Assembly (NCBI GenBank): GCA_030704615.1
Contig: CM060733.1
Coordinates: 21,700,001 to 21,764,000, forward strand
DNA from: Takakia lepidozioides
Taxonomy: Eukaryota; Plantae; Bryophyta
Length of the DNA stretch: 64,000 nucleotides
Direction of reading: 5' to 3'
Below the pieces are notes generated by a model. It saw nothing but the letters and a program-made list of their open reading frames with translations. It had not been told where the DNA came from and did no database searches. Below, one piece after another: positions 36,494 to 48,925 of this stretch (the first letter of the stretch is position 1; each line of letters begins with the position of its first letter). The position numbers were made by a program, and so were the translations under genes.

Positions 36494-39083
36494 TCAACCT
36501 TGTTCTCCGCCCGAGGTTGCATTGTCTTCATTGTCTGACTGTTGATTGGCCTCATCCAAATTTGCTCGTGCTTTCTCCGCCTCCACCGCGGTAATTTTCT
36601 TAGAGCTATTACGTGTCGTGTTTTTTCTGGCGGGCATTGTCCAAACGACATAGTTAATGTGAATCCACTGAGGGGGATCATCTGGATTGAACTCCCAAAC
36701 TTTGGACCAACAATCTTTGTACCTGTCCAAATCGGAAAGGCTACCTCCTTTCTTGGGTCTCCACCATTCAACGTGGATCTTCTTAAAATTCTTGGATCCT
36801 CTGTCGCGGACCACATCCGATATTGTCATCCCCATCCAAACTGGAAACGTCACAGAATCTACTGGTCGAACCAAGACGAAGAATCCGTTCTCAATGTCCT
36901 TGAACGGATTTAGAGGCTGCTTCGGTCTATCACACCGGGGACCACAATACGGCTCCATGACTTCATCTTCTTCTAGCAGATCATCCTCTGCAGGGTATTT
37001 CCGGCTCTGTGGTGGTTGACAGCCCACTTGGTTGAGGGCCAAAAACCCTCTTTAAGCGCGATTGAATGTCGTGATTCTCCAGGAATGGGAGGATCAAGTT
37101 CTGCAAGGATTGCTTCCTAGTATTGATCATACTGTATCATGATGTCACAATAATGATCGTCAAGCAACATCCCCTTCTTCCAGAGCTCCCTGTATTTTTT
37201 AATTCCAGTTTTGATAAAAGATTGTTTATCGGATGAGTCATTTCCTACACCCCAAATTGGTGTTTTTTTTACAACCCTGGGTTGTACTGCTATAGGCAAA
37301 CTTTGGAGATCCATCGGGATTCGACTTCCACATCTTCACCGCACCTTTTTTGGGGAGCCACTCAGAATCAGTAGCAAACTTCTTAAACCTCATGACAGGC
37401 CAACCATCTTCATCTACATAGAATCAAAATACATGCATTTATGTTTGCCCAACTAAAGTCTCTTTTCCATCGAGAATGCAACCGTCCACATATGCCTTGA
37501 AATCTGGCACCTCTTGAATGATTTGAGGAATAAATTGCAGATCTTGAGAGATCATAAAAAACCTCATAAGATCGGAGAGAACGTAGGTGTTGTTTTGCTT
37601 CAGCTTCTTCGATAGATAACTGAAGAATCCGTCGATGTCCTCATGGGTATGGCCAACCATAAGAAATCCCATCTGAATCTCCTCAAACACTACTCTTGCA
37701 GTTAGGAACGACAGAAAAGCCAGCATCCACTTGTTTTTGTTTTCCTTCACGCAGTTGTCCAACTGCAGGTAGAGTCTTCGCGAAAATGGGACTTTTCCTT
37801 TTTTCTCCTCCTTATCGCCGAAAGGTTTCAGGACGTCGAGACGCCTCGATTTACCCTTCATGAGAGATTCGAAAAAAGAATTATGAGGAGGGTGGTCAAA
37901 GATGTTACAACTTTCGCGGCAAGAGGGCTTCTCTAGTTGATGGAGGCATCTTGCTAGAGAGCCAATCGTGAAGTTCGGGTCTCCCGGCCAGAAGTCCAGA
38001 GAGTACTGTCCGTATGCTCTGTCCCCGTGGCCGTGGGTGACCATGCCGGTTAACGAGATTGGAAGCTGACCTAAGCCGGAGACCATATTGTTCGTCGTCT
38101 GCAACCTTGGAATAGCTGTTTTCCGATGATCCATCTTGTCATGAATGATGCAGAGGAACTCGGACGGCGTTATAGCTGACTCATTCCTCCAGCTGTGATA
38201 GAGTCTCCTGCAAGATTCCTGAAACCTGAGGTGTTTATCAAGTGCTTTCTTGTGCGAGGCTTGCTCATCGCTACGTTTGACCGACTTCTTGATTAGGTCT
38301 TTGAGCATCTCACAGTCTGTGCATTTGGCAAATGTGCTAACACTTTTTCTAACCTCGACATTGGGAAAAATCCGTTGTCTGATTCTACTGACTGCTGCCT
38401 GGGAGATAGGCTTCAATCCACATATTTTATTCGCCTGCAAGACAGACAGGGGAAAATGAACCTCGCGCGATCACCCGAGCTTTAATAGTGAGAGGTCTGA
38501 TACATTGCGTGGAAGTAAAACAGGGAAGGTCCCAAAAAATATAGAATTCGGAAAATGGTAAAAAAAAAAAAAAACTGACCTCATTACACTCCTCACGAAT
38601 TTTTTTCCAGTTCAGTTCAGGTGGGAGAACTCGAAGAGTATCTCTCCGTCTGTCTCCAATATAGCGGGTCTGATGAGGCATGAAATCGAAATTTCCGTTT
38701 ATAATTGACATTAAGTTTCCTTCAGCTTGACGAGTTTGTAGACGGGGACGTTTCACTCCGGAATTCCCGTGCAACGATGTAACCACACCCTCTCTACTTA
38801 GTTTTTTGTATTCCATGTAGGTTGAACGACCGATTCCGTGAATTGTCCACCAAGCTGTCTCACACACGTCAACGCCCTCAATGGTTATGTAGGCCTTTGT
38901 CGAAACCCCGTCGATTCGATGAAGTCTTTTGGGAATATCAAAACCGAGCTCTCTCCGTTCTTTGTAAGAGGATCCCCAATAAGCGGTCCAGATAGCGAGT
39001 GTTTTTCTCCAGTCGAAATATTGGCAACACTGTAAATTGCAAAAAGAACCATCGGGTTTGTACTTGACTTTGTACACCCACAC
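36494..39083 (-). pseudogene. Intron-containing transposase pseudogene (Sola-like / DUF7869-type)
   Basis: FAKCTDC, IIHDKMD, LYLQLDNCVKENKN, FLMVGHTHEDIDGFFS. GT-AG intron 38579-38435. Frameshift and stops after 37440. Confidence 0.75.
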
Positions 39084-40645
39084 TACACGGAGGGCTAAAC
39101 TCCGTTAGCACAAGACGATGTCGGCCGACGTACTTATGATGAGAATATTTTGAAGAAAGTCATGTCCCAAAATCACGATATTTTGACAAGGTTGGAGGGA
39201 CCATTTTGAAATCTATATTCTTCCGTTGTTCCGAAGGTTGATGGAAGAAGTCCATGAAATGTTGTCTCGAGAATCGTTGATATGGTGATGACCTCACAAA
39301 AAATATCCTCCAATATTACGCCAACCAACAATGTCTTGTGCGATCGAAGTTCAGCTGTACTTCTCGAAGAATTGGTGGTCTTGCAGACTTTCAGTGAATC
39401 GCGAAGATGATGAATTACTTGTATGCTCTTCAAAACATAATGTCCAAGTAACTGACCCTGGAGTAAGATGCTGAAAGTATCCAATTGGGTAGTAAGTATG
39501 CTGCTCATATGCTTCTGGAGAGTGGCTCGGTGGCGAGTACGTTGATGGAGAGAGTGACATTTTCTGCAAAATCTTCAAGGAAATAGTGTCGGGTGACCAG
39601 TCGAGGTTCATCTGTGACGGGCTGTGGTACTTCTGACGATTTACTGTAAAGCACTCGTAAACTGATCGCCAACTAAATAATCTCCAACTGACTAACCACC
39701 AACTAACTGATTGGAGATGTCACAAGCAATGTCAAAAATCCTATTTACTGCTAGATGTTTGATGCTATTGTTGTTCCTGTAGCTGAATTGTATAGTAGTC
39801 GTTTTGTTATTCCCATGCGAACAGTATTAGGTCCCCAGCGACTGTCATATTCAGACTCCCGTATCAGCCACGGCCCACCATCATTGACCAATATAAAACC
39901 ATCAGCTGCATGTCAGCTGAGAACTAGATCTTCGATTCATTGTATGCGACTCCAGAGAAATACCCTAGCCCGCAAGTAGTTGGCCAATAGCTTGAGATAT
40001 TTCTCCGGGCTGTGATTGAATGAACTGGAGATTTCATTCTTAGCTGATGGTTTCATGTAGGTGGTGCCTGATTCCGATTTCGGAATATGGCAGTCTCAGT
40101 GGACCTGATGTTGTTGGAATGGGAATAACAAAAAGACTCTTATAAAAATCAGCTACATGAACATACCCAGTATTAAGCACCTTGAAGTACATATGATTGT
40201 TGAGATTATTTGCACAGATTGTTAGCGATGGTGTTCCTCCTTTGGTCGTCCAGTCCACATGAAAACGACGAGAATGTCGCTGGAGATTGACGTTCAATTG
40301 TTGACATTCTGCCTCTTCGTAATACCATTTTGGTGTGCAATGATGGACTTCAGAACATGTCAGCTCTTAGAAAAGCACGCGTGATCGCGCGATGTTAATC
40401 GTTGGTGTTCCTCAAAAGAATAATGGATCTCCAAACGAAAGATATATGATCCAAATAAAACACCACGAGGATGTTGTCAATTGTTGAAGATCGGATTATG
40501 CAAGCAGGGAGAATGACTTCAAACAACATAAAGACTAAAATTATAAGATACTTGAACAATCCGCCAGGGAACAAGTGACACCATCAGCCTTGATGATTTG
40601 AGTGCGTGTTCTAAAACACATCAATGAATCATTCAAGATGATGGT

Positions 40646-41911
40646 GTGAAATATTTCGGGACGGATTATCCGAATACCTTGAGTTCCCTCGCTGTAACTG
40701 ACCTTCCAGCAGATCCGCATGTCCATTTGAGTCTATATGCTGAAGATTATGACGAAGATGCTATCAATGTACCATACAAAGAGGCAACCGGATGCTTGAT
40801 GTTTGCAGCCATGCTCACTAGACCGGACATTACCTATGCAATCAATAATGCGGCGAAGTACTCTAACAGACCCCAAAAGATGCATTGGATAGTAGTCAAA
40901 CGGGTTTTTCGGTATCTCAAGGGGACGAGTGATTATGGTCTCCTTTATGGAGATAAAGGTGATCACACTGTGCTTCAAGGTTACTGTGATGCCGATTATG
41001 CCGGTGATCCTAATACTCGTTTGTCTTGGACTGGCTATGTCTTTCTTTTGGGAAGAGCCACGATTGCATGGAGCAGTCAGAACCAGAGATGCACTGCAAT
41101 TTCAACTACTGAAGCGGAATATATTGCCGCATGTGGTACCACAACGCAAGCCATCTGGCTTCGAAGATTTCTCGCCAGTCTCGGACTTGTGCAGTTGAAA
41201 CCGACCATTCTACATGGCGATAATCAAAGTGCAATTAAACTTGTCAAGAATCTTGAACGAGGCAAAAGGACCAAGCACGTCAATGTGCAATATCACTTCG
41301 TGTGAGAGAAGTTTCGGAATCAGGAGATCACCATCACGTATGTTCACACAAGCTAACAAATTGCTGATATAATGACAAAGGCGCTTCTTACCGAGAAGTT
41401 TTGTTTCTTCCGGAAGATGATGGGTGTGGTGTCTCGTGCCACTATCAATGCAACACACACAGTGGGAGCATAGAAGGAGTGGGAGCAGCGATTGATTCAC
41501 GTGGGCATTCTTGTTTCAGTGGACATTATATGTAGTATTTTACTAAGTAATGGGAGATTCGTCGAATTTCTGTTAGTATCTGACTGTGTGTTCTAGTGTC
41601 CGAGTGGGAGTGTAGAATCATAAAGTTCATGACGGTCACTGAACACAACTGTAGTCTGATTCACGTGAATTACATTAGCTGATGATTATCATACTGACAC
41701 ATGTCACACTAGTGTGTGAATGTGGTTCCGCCTAGTTGCTACTTATAGTTTGAACTGGGCAAGTACTTTGTCGTTTTTTTGGCTAGTAATCTTTCTGTTC
41801 TTGGACCTTTGTAGTCTGCGTGCGTAGTTTCTTGATTTGCTGAAGCAGACGCATGTCAGTGTGTGATTCATTTACAGAATATTGTTATCTTGTATTTAGT
41901 GTGTATCAACA
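40646..41911 (+). mobile_element. Ty1/copia 3' fragment (end of RT plus RNase H, PPT and 3' LTR)
   Basis: PYKEATGCLMFAAMLTRPDITYA, GYCDADYAGD, STTEAEYIA, DNQSAI, RTKHVNVQYHF. PPT GAGTGGGAG then TGTAGA(41611)...TCAACA(41911). No matching 5' LTR seen. Confidence 0.88.
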
Positions 41912-44900
41912 GAATGTTATGTCACAATCATCCCCTAGTTGATGATGAGGTCCCTCTAACTTGGATAGCTAACAAGTATTAATCCCAATTGGATCTTCAC
42001 TTAGTCTTCAACCGCATCGGTCCCAAATTCTGAAGTCTAAAAGATCAAGAGGCCATGCGCTACAAAGGTAAGTTAGCCCCAACATTAGTCGCCTTCATGC
42101 AATCCATGATCTTTCTTTGACTATCCATGACATTGAACTTCTATTAACTAAACCATACTAGGTTCTTTGTTAGCCTCACCGTCATCATGCCTACTACTTG
42201 TGGGCAAGGCTTCGTGGACACGACTATTCCCTAGTAAAACTCATCAAGTGACGGTTTCAAACATCCTATTAGTAACAATCTCGTTGTCACACACAATGAT
42301 GGTTGTGACACTATTAACATGCTCACATATAGCAATATGCAACAATATTACAACATATGACGAAGTGTGGTTAGACAACGATGTATGTTGTGGCATGATG
42401 CTTAGGTACACGATATATTTCTTATCGTCCAATTGCACGTAGGGTAATAAAAGTTATACCCATGGGCACACAATTGACCCATTATAGCACACTTTCATAG
42501 ATTTGATCTGTATCTATGGGCGTTATATGCTAAACCTTTAAGATGCATATCTGATTTCGCAATAAGGGTCAAAAGGCCCAAATGTAACCTGATCCTAACG
42601 TCCTTGCACAAGAGCCAGAAAATCTCTATTGTCATAGAACAAAATCAATCGCATCTGACGGGTCTCCATAGCATCTGCAACGACCAGTATTTTGGATTAA
42701 AACCTTGGAAGTCCTTCCATAAATCATACTGGTCCTTCCAGAAGCGTGCATCATCCATGCCATCATACAGCTCGTTGACATCCAAATGTGATTCCAGCTT
42801 TCTTAACCAAGTCTTGAGGGGCGTGGAACCACATCATGCTGTCTTCATCCTGACCACAGTAGTGCCCTCATTCTCAGCCTTGAGTTCCATCATTGTAATC
42901 AGCTTGCTTGATAGAAGTCACATTTCATCAGTAGGCTCAAGCGCTAACATTAACTCTGACCTAGTCGGTTTGATAGGAGAGTCGTCAAACGAATACACGA
43001 CACTCTATCTTCACCACTCGTTGTATTACTTCGTATCCTTCCTCTCTGTGCAACTGCAAGATAAGTTCAAGTCACTTAATGGTTGTCATTCATCGGAACC
43101 TAGAAAATCAGCTGATATTGAGATGCTGAGATTTCTACACAATACAGATTTCTACAACTGAACATGTCCAAAAATTATCGTCATCGTAACTGTATGACTT
43201 TGAAAAAACTATCAACTACTTCTCATGAAAAAAACATATCCAACCGGATAATAAACCTAGGCTTTTCAATACATCTGGGCTTGCAATACACAAAGCAAAG
43301 GTACATTTGTAGTTCGCATTGTATTCGTTGATTGAGGCTTTGAGAAGAAACGCAAATGCAGTGACCTTGTGGCGGTAAACTCTTCAAGTTGCTAGACTTC
43401 TCAAAACAAGACAAGCTGATATATGGTTGCACCCAGATATTGCAAGTCTCCCACAAATTACAACCGTGCGCACAATGATGCCCAATTTTCAATTTTATTC
43501 ACCTTCTATTCCTTTGCCGATAGCCGAATGGTTAAGCAAAAGATTCAAAACAAATTGCAAGACGCAAAAAAAATGATAAATCCCCAAACACATGATTGGT
43601 TACTTTATACATTGTACTAAATTATTTTATATAAAATGAACGGCGGATTAATTTTTGATACATTCATCAAATGATGCTAAACATTTCTGAGCATGCTTTT
43701 TGCTTTTACATATATCTCTGATAAAATCCATTCGTATCAACGGATCAGATTACATTTATGTGCATGCAATCTTTCTAAATTCGTTTGTTTTTTGAAAACA
43801 TGCAAGGAACTTGAAGATGACCATACCACATCCATTCTTTCTCTCATCATCTGTGTTTCACTTAGCAATACACTATTGCCATTCATTCCTTACCATTCTC
43901 AGCTGTCGTATGTACTACACCCTACAACAGTCTCTCCACCTTCATGACTTTGCAACAATATTGAAGTTTTTGTTTTGTTTTTTTCTTTCTCTTTCACTCA
44001 TTTATGATCTATGGCTAGTCATCTACCTCTATAGACATTAAACCTACAAGCAATACCAACCCAATAGATCCCACAGTCAATAGTACAAACAAAGTTATTC
44101 AAGAAAATACTACTATATTACAATGTAGCTCTAATCCAGTTGAGTTCATAGTGAATAGAGATTTTTCTCAAATATATGAATCAAGCAAATACAAGAGAAG
44201 GGAAGAAAGTGGTGTTTGTGACAAAATGGGAGCCCAAAAGAGTAACAAAAAACAATGATATGTTAGGTGAGCTTTTTGATTGGGAAAAGTTCATACTCTT
44301 TTTTGAATTCATCAAGGGCAATGTGTTGATGGAAACATATGCTAGACAATAGCACAAGCATTTGGTGGAGTTCATTGAATCTTGGATAAGGCATATGGCT
44401 CTTGCATGATCAGTTGGTTCTCCATATATAAGATAACTTTAACGTCCAGTGAATTTGTAGAAAAACTCAAGAAGAAGGCAGATTAAAAACTGAACCTCGC
44501 TGCATCATGTGTCTACTATTCCAAACACTGGACGACGTTTAAGAAGTATTTGTCGACGTTTGATCAGAGATGAGGTTTTCTTTTAGCATACATCATCTCA
44601 TATAAATCTAGATCTTGTTGTTGATGTGGTTCAGCCTACACCATATCTTGCAATCACAGATGTTGGTGATGCCGTACTTCAACCTAGGCCTATGTATGAA
44701 CTGAAAATTGCGATGTTGCCATGAGCGCACACAGGTTGTCACATTAACAGAAGCAGAACGATGAAAGGTTGACCTATATATCGTCTCTACACCGCGTGGA
44801 GGTTTTTTCACAAATCGGAAGATTTCCTTTCAAATGTCAAGCTTTGTGATCTATGCATTCCAATTCCAAGTGATACTCAAGAGACATCGATATTGTACTG

Positions 44901-47529
44901 CTATGCATTCTTTTCCACCCCTTTTTTGTGTGTTAAGCCGCTAGATAAGAAATGAATATTCCTTGACCCCGGGCTTGTGCCTTTAACCTTGGGTCTAGAT
45001 AATGAAGTTTTCATCCGTCCACGTATTCTACAGCCTGCATTTTCTAGGTGTTTCGCACATACGAGTTTGTTTGTTGCAGAATTTTTTGTAGAATATTTGG
45101 AAGAGAGATTTTGGCCTGCCCAAAGAAAATGGCATAATTTGAACCCCCCCCCCCCCTTTGTCACTACAAAGGACCCCACTTGAGAACATTTAAAAAAAAC
45201 TGAAAACTTCGGACTCTAAAAAATAAAAAATTAGAATTGCCCGGGCATTGGCAATTTTTTTTTTTTTTTGGCACCTAGTTCTTAGTTGTTTTTGTCCCCA
45301 CTCTACACTTTACAATCTGCAGATCTGGCGGTTGGATTTTGATGAAACTTTTTGTGGTAGTAGGTGGCGTAGGTGGGAAGTAATTCCAGTTCATCTCTTG
45401 CAGTCTGTTTCCAACCAAACGACAAAGGTGTCATTTTTACTACGCAATTGTATCGAAAGGACTATCAACGTCTTCAAGTTGTGAACAACAATATATTGCA
45501 GCACTACAAACCTCTCTTATATCTGGAATGTAAATGGATATGCTCTGGTGCAAGAAGAGCGTTAACGCAACAAAGATAATGAAGTGTACGAGAAGTGAAA
45601 GCACAAAAGTTTTCACCGCAATGAGTGCCGCGGTGGATGGTTAGACGCCTCGCGGGCTAACTGGTAATCCTGTAACTTTGAAACTTTGAGAGTTGGAGCT
45701 GTCTGTTTTGAGGCAACAAAGTTGGAAACAGAAAGAAATAGAACTAGGTTTTGATTTCAATTCTAAAACTTGAATTTGAGTGCATGTTGTCCGGCTAGGT
45801 TAGGTGGACCTCCATATCAACTATGTTTCAAAGATTTGCATACCGCCATCTTCCACTTGATTTTGTGCTCGTGGATGTGCGTGCTGGGATTGTGTAGATA
45901 CAAGTTGTAGGGAGAGAGATTCATAACAAGCTTAGCTTATGAGAACAAGCCTCAACATTCCAATCGCGCTCAAGTCCATTCAACTCTATCAGGTTATGCT
46001 ATATACAACATATTCATAGAACACTGATCGAGGCAAATTATCCTGCAAAACAATGGTGGTGTGGTATCATAAAGCGACTTGACAATAAAGTGTGACCAAA
46101 CAATGCCATAAAAGCTATGTTGATCCACATACATAAATATTCAGGAGCTCAAAACTTCCACAGCTATTTGTATATATTACCACTAATGTCTTCCACGTAT
46201 CTATTTGAAAATGAACTTCTGGTACTTTGTCATTTTTTTTGCTATTCCAACTAATATATGCTGAAGTTTTACTTAATTAAATTTATCAGACGCAATGGCA
46301 CATGGGCGGGCAAAAGACGACCTTTGAAGGAGTGCGCTATAATTGCGGGAAGAGTAGGCACATGGCCAAAAAGTGTCCGGATCCAAGACATCTGAATATG
46401 ACCCTATTTGAGCTATAAGTAGAATTTTAAATTTCATTTGAAATGTAGCCTAACCACTAGAGAAATGTTGCGAAGTACTTGTAATATTCACCACATTAGT
46501 GATAGATGCAAGAGGAGTCCGTACAAACCTCTGTCCTTTGTTGCGTTGTTTTTCCTTGCGTCGTTACATAGCTCTTTCGTTTGTGTTTCGTTGTGCTATT
46601 GTAGTCAGTCCACAATTTTCCCGTATGTAGGCTCCATAAGGATTTACGCTCATACCTTCTCGGAAAAGAAGCACAAAAATTGTTAATAATTTTCTTGATG
46701 TTCTCAATATTCCAGTAAGCATCAAAGACAACATGTTATGCTTTTAGTGCAAGTCTTTATGTAGCTTTTTGGGTTGGAGAGCGAGTATCATTTGGCTTAG
46801 CACGAGCTATGGCCTCCTTTTCCAACGAGGTCGCGTAGGTGAGGCATGTAAGTCTTTCGGCCCAGGCTGTTACGGGCGTGGGCTGCGTTATTGGGGGCAT
46901 CGCGTTGGCCTTTGGAATATGTAAGAGCATGGAATGGAAAGACGAGCTCGATGACAAAATCGGGGGCAGCGCCAAGGCCGCCAAGGCAATGCATAAGATC
47001 TGGGTTGAGAAGAAGAAGAAGAAGAAGGGGAAGTAGGTGGTTGTAGAGAGAGATTCACTTGGGTCACGTGAATGCGAAGGTGGGGCTCAGCAAAATGAGG
47101 AGTTGGAGTGGAAGTCCTTGGCAAGGTGCTAATGAAGAAGCCTTTCTATCTCCTCTTTCATTAAAGTTTTTTTTTTTCTCATAATCATGGTATATTCAGA
47201 ACTAGTGAGCACCATGGAATTGGAATACTTGACCAATAGCTCTTTCCCTTTTGTTGATCTTGAGGGAAAAGAAAGCAGAGCCATTTTTAGGCTATGATGG
47301 TTATACGATATTATCTTGTGAGTCTGAGGTTCCCATTTGTGACAAGTGGTTGCTCATATATAGGCATGCCCTGAGTAGAGTTCGAAAGCAAACTTGATTC
47401 AAGTTTCTCTTCTGGAACAAAGTATAGTTGTCTGATGGGTGTTGTTGATGGTGCTGCAATAATCAAAGCTTCAATGTCTCTCTCATTTCTCAATGAAATA
47501 TGTCCTTCAATTGCACCATTACCAGAGTC

Positions 47530-47900
47530 ATCACCATTGCATTCGCATCCAAAGGCCAAATACCAATAGTATGAAAATCAGTCTTGACGTTTTTGGCTTA
47601 TATATAGTTTGCATAGCTTTTGTCAACCCATTCTGCCAATGCACTTTTGTCAAGTTCATTGTAATTATTCTACAACATTTCAGCATCTCCTACCGCCCAA
47701 AATTGTGTCTTGAAATATTTGAAACATGATACATCGAGAGGTTGTATGTATAATTTGAGATGAATTTGACCCCGAACTTCTTCAAATCTTGCTCAAATCT
47801 GACAAGCCCAATTGCAACAGCTAGCCTATGGCATAAGCTATCACTTGACCCACGGTACACAAAATTTGGATGAAGATTCATCCTTCAAGTAGTAGAAAAA
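47530..47900 (-). pseudogene. pogo/Tigger-like (DDE_1) transposase remnant
   Basis: Minus-strand peptides IQPLDVSCFKYFKTQF (about 47748-47702) and FHTIGIWPLDANAM (about 47577-47536). Confidence 0.6.
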
Positions 47901-48364
47901 TCCTTATGTGAACTATTATAGGTGGTTTTCCCTTATCATGTAGCAAAAAAAACTCACATTAAAGGATACAATATTGGCAATGATCCACTCAAACCTCACG
48001 GTATGCAAAGGCTTGGAGATCCTCTTAGTGCTTCAAAACTGTCACGGTACACCGCTATCCGGGCAGTTTCTATGAACTGACCATAACGCTATGGAACGGT
48101 CAGGGGCGGCCCACTCTGGCCCCTTCGCTGCCCGACCTGAAAGTTCGCCCTCCCAGCCGGGCCCGCCCCTGACCGCTGCAGAGTAACGTCTACCTGCGAT
48201 GAGAGCGATCCGCTTGGGGATGCGGTTCTACCCTCCCTGCACACCCTAGAATCACCGTGCACATAATGCGGCCCCAAATCAGCCCACGTTGGTTTCTGCA
48301 GGTGCGAAGGCCAGGATAGGAGGGCCACAACTTGTGTTTTTTTTTTTCATTTTTCCAAAATCGC

Positions 48365-48925
48365 TGGGGGGCCACGTGTGAGTTCTATCCGGGAATAACG
48401 AGGTAGCAGCTTCGAAAGTGGCTATACACCAGGTGACACGTTCTAAACGGTCCACGTCTTCAAATTTAGGCTCCTCATTCTCAACTACTTTTGTACAGGT
48501 ATCTGACCTATTTTCCAGGTCGAAATCTGGCGATTTTTGGCCAGAAAGAAAAATACTGGTTGGCCCCCACAAGGTGAAACTTTGAACTTTGAAGGCACAA
48601 AATTGGGAACTCTGAAATGCACCTTAAGTGTGTCGGCAGTTGGGACTCACAATCAGTCACGTTTTTATTTCATTTTTCCAAGATCGCAGGAGGGGCCACA
48701 TGTGAGTTCGATTCGGTGCCCATGTGGCGAGAGTAACGAGGTGGCAGGTTTACAAAAGTGGCTCATAGACCAGGTGGCAAGTCTTATCTTCTCCACGTCG
48801 GCAAAATTAGGCTCAACAACTGGCGCTTTTTGGCGAAATTTCGCCCCATAGTTCTTTGCAAAAGTAGCTGACCCATTTTCCAGGTTGAAATCTAGCGATT
48901 TTTCGCCAGTAAAAAAACACTACGG
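48365..48925. repeat. Two diverged direct repeats of about 200 bp
   Basis: 'gggccac.tgtgagttc..taacgaggt.gcag..ccaggtg..ttaggctc..attttccaggt.gaaatct.gcgatttt' at about 48368-48557 and about 48693-48921. Confidence 0.65.

Larger units (their letters stand above)
34222..45561 (-). mobile_element. About 11.3-kb DNA transposon (Sola-like DDD/E transposase) with subterminal inverted repeats and nested insertions
   Basis: About 34327-34535 and about 45145-45390 are imperfect inverted copies (e.g. aaaaagtttcatcaaattccaaccgccagatctg versus cagatctggcggttggattttgatgaaacttttt). Outer ends read TTAA|CCCTC and GAGCG|TTAA. A transposase lies inside. Confidence 0.62.

Noticed and set aside
41912-43500. 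ORFs such as 42604-43161 as genes
   Set aside because: No recognisable motifs on either strand; probably decayed transposon sequence.
46330-46390. Zinc-knuckle-like peptide RYNCGKSRHMAKKCP
   Set aside because: An isolated, degenerate fragment with no surrounding gag frame.
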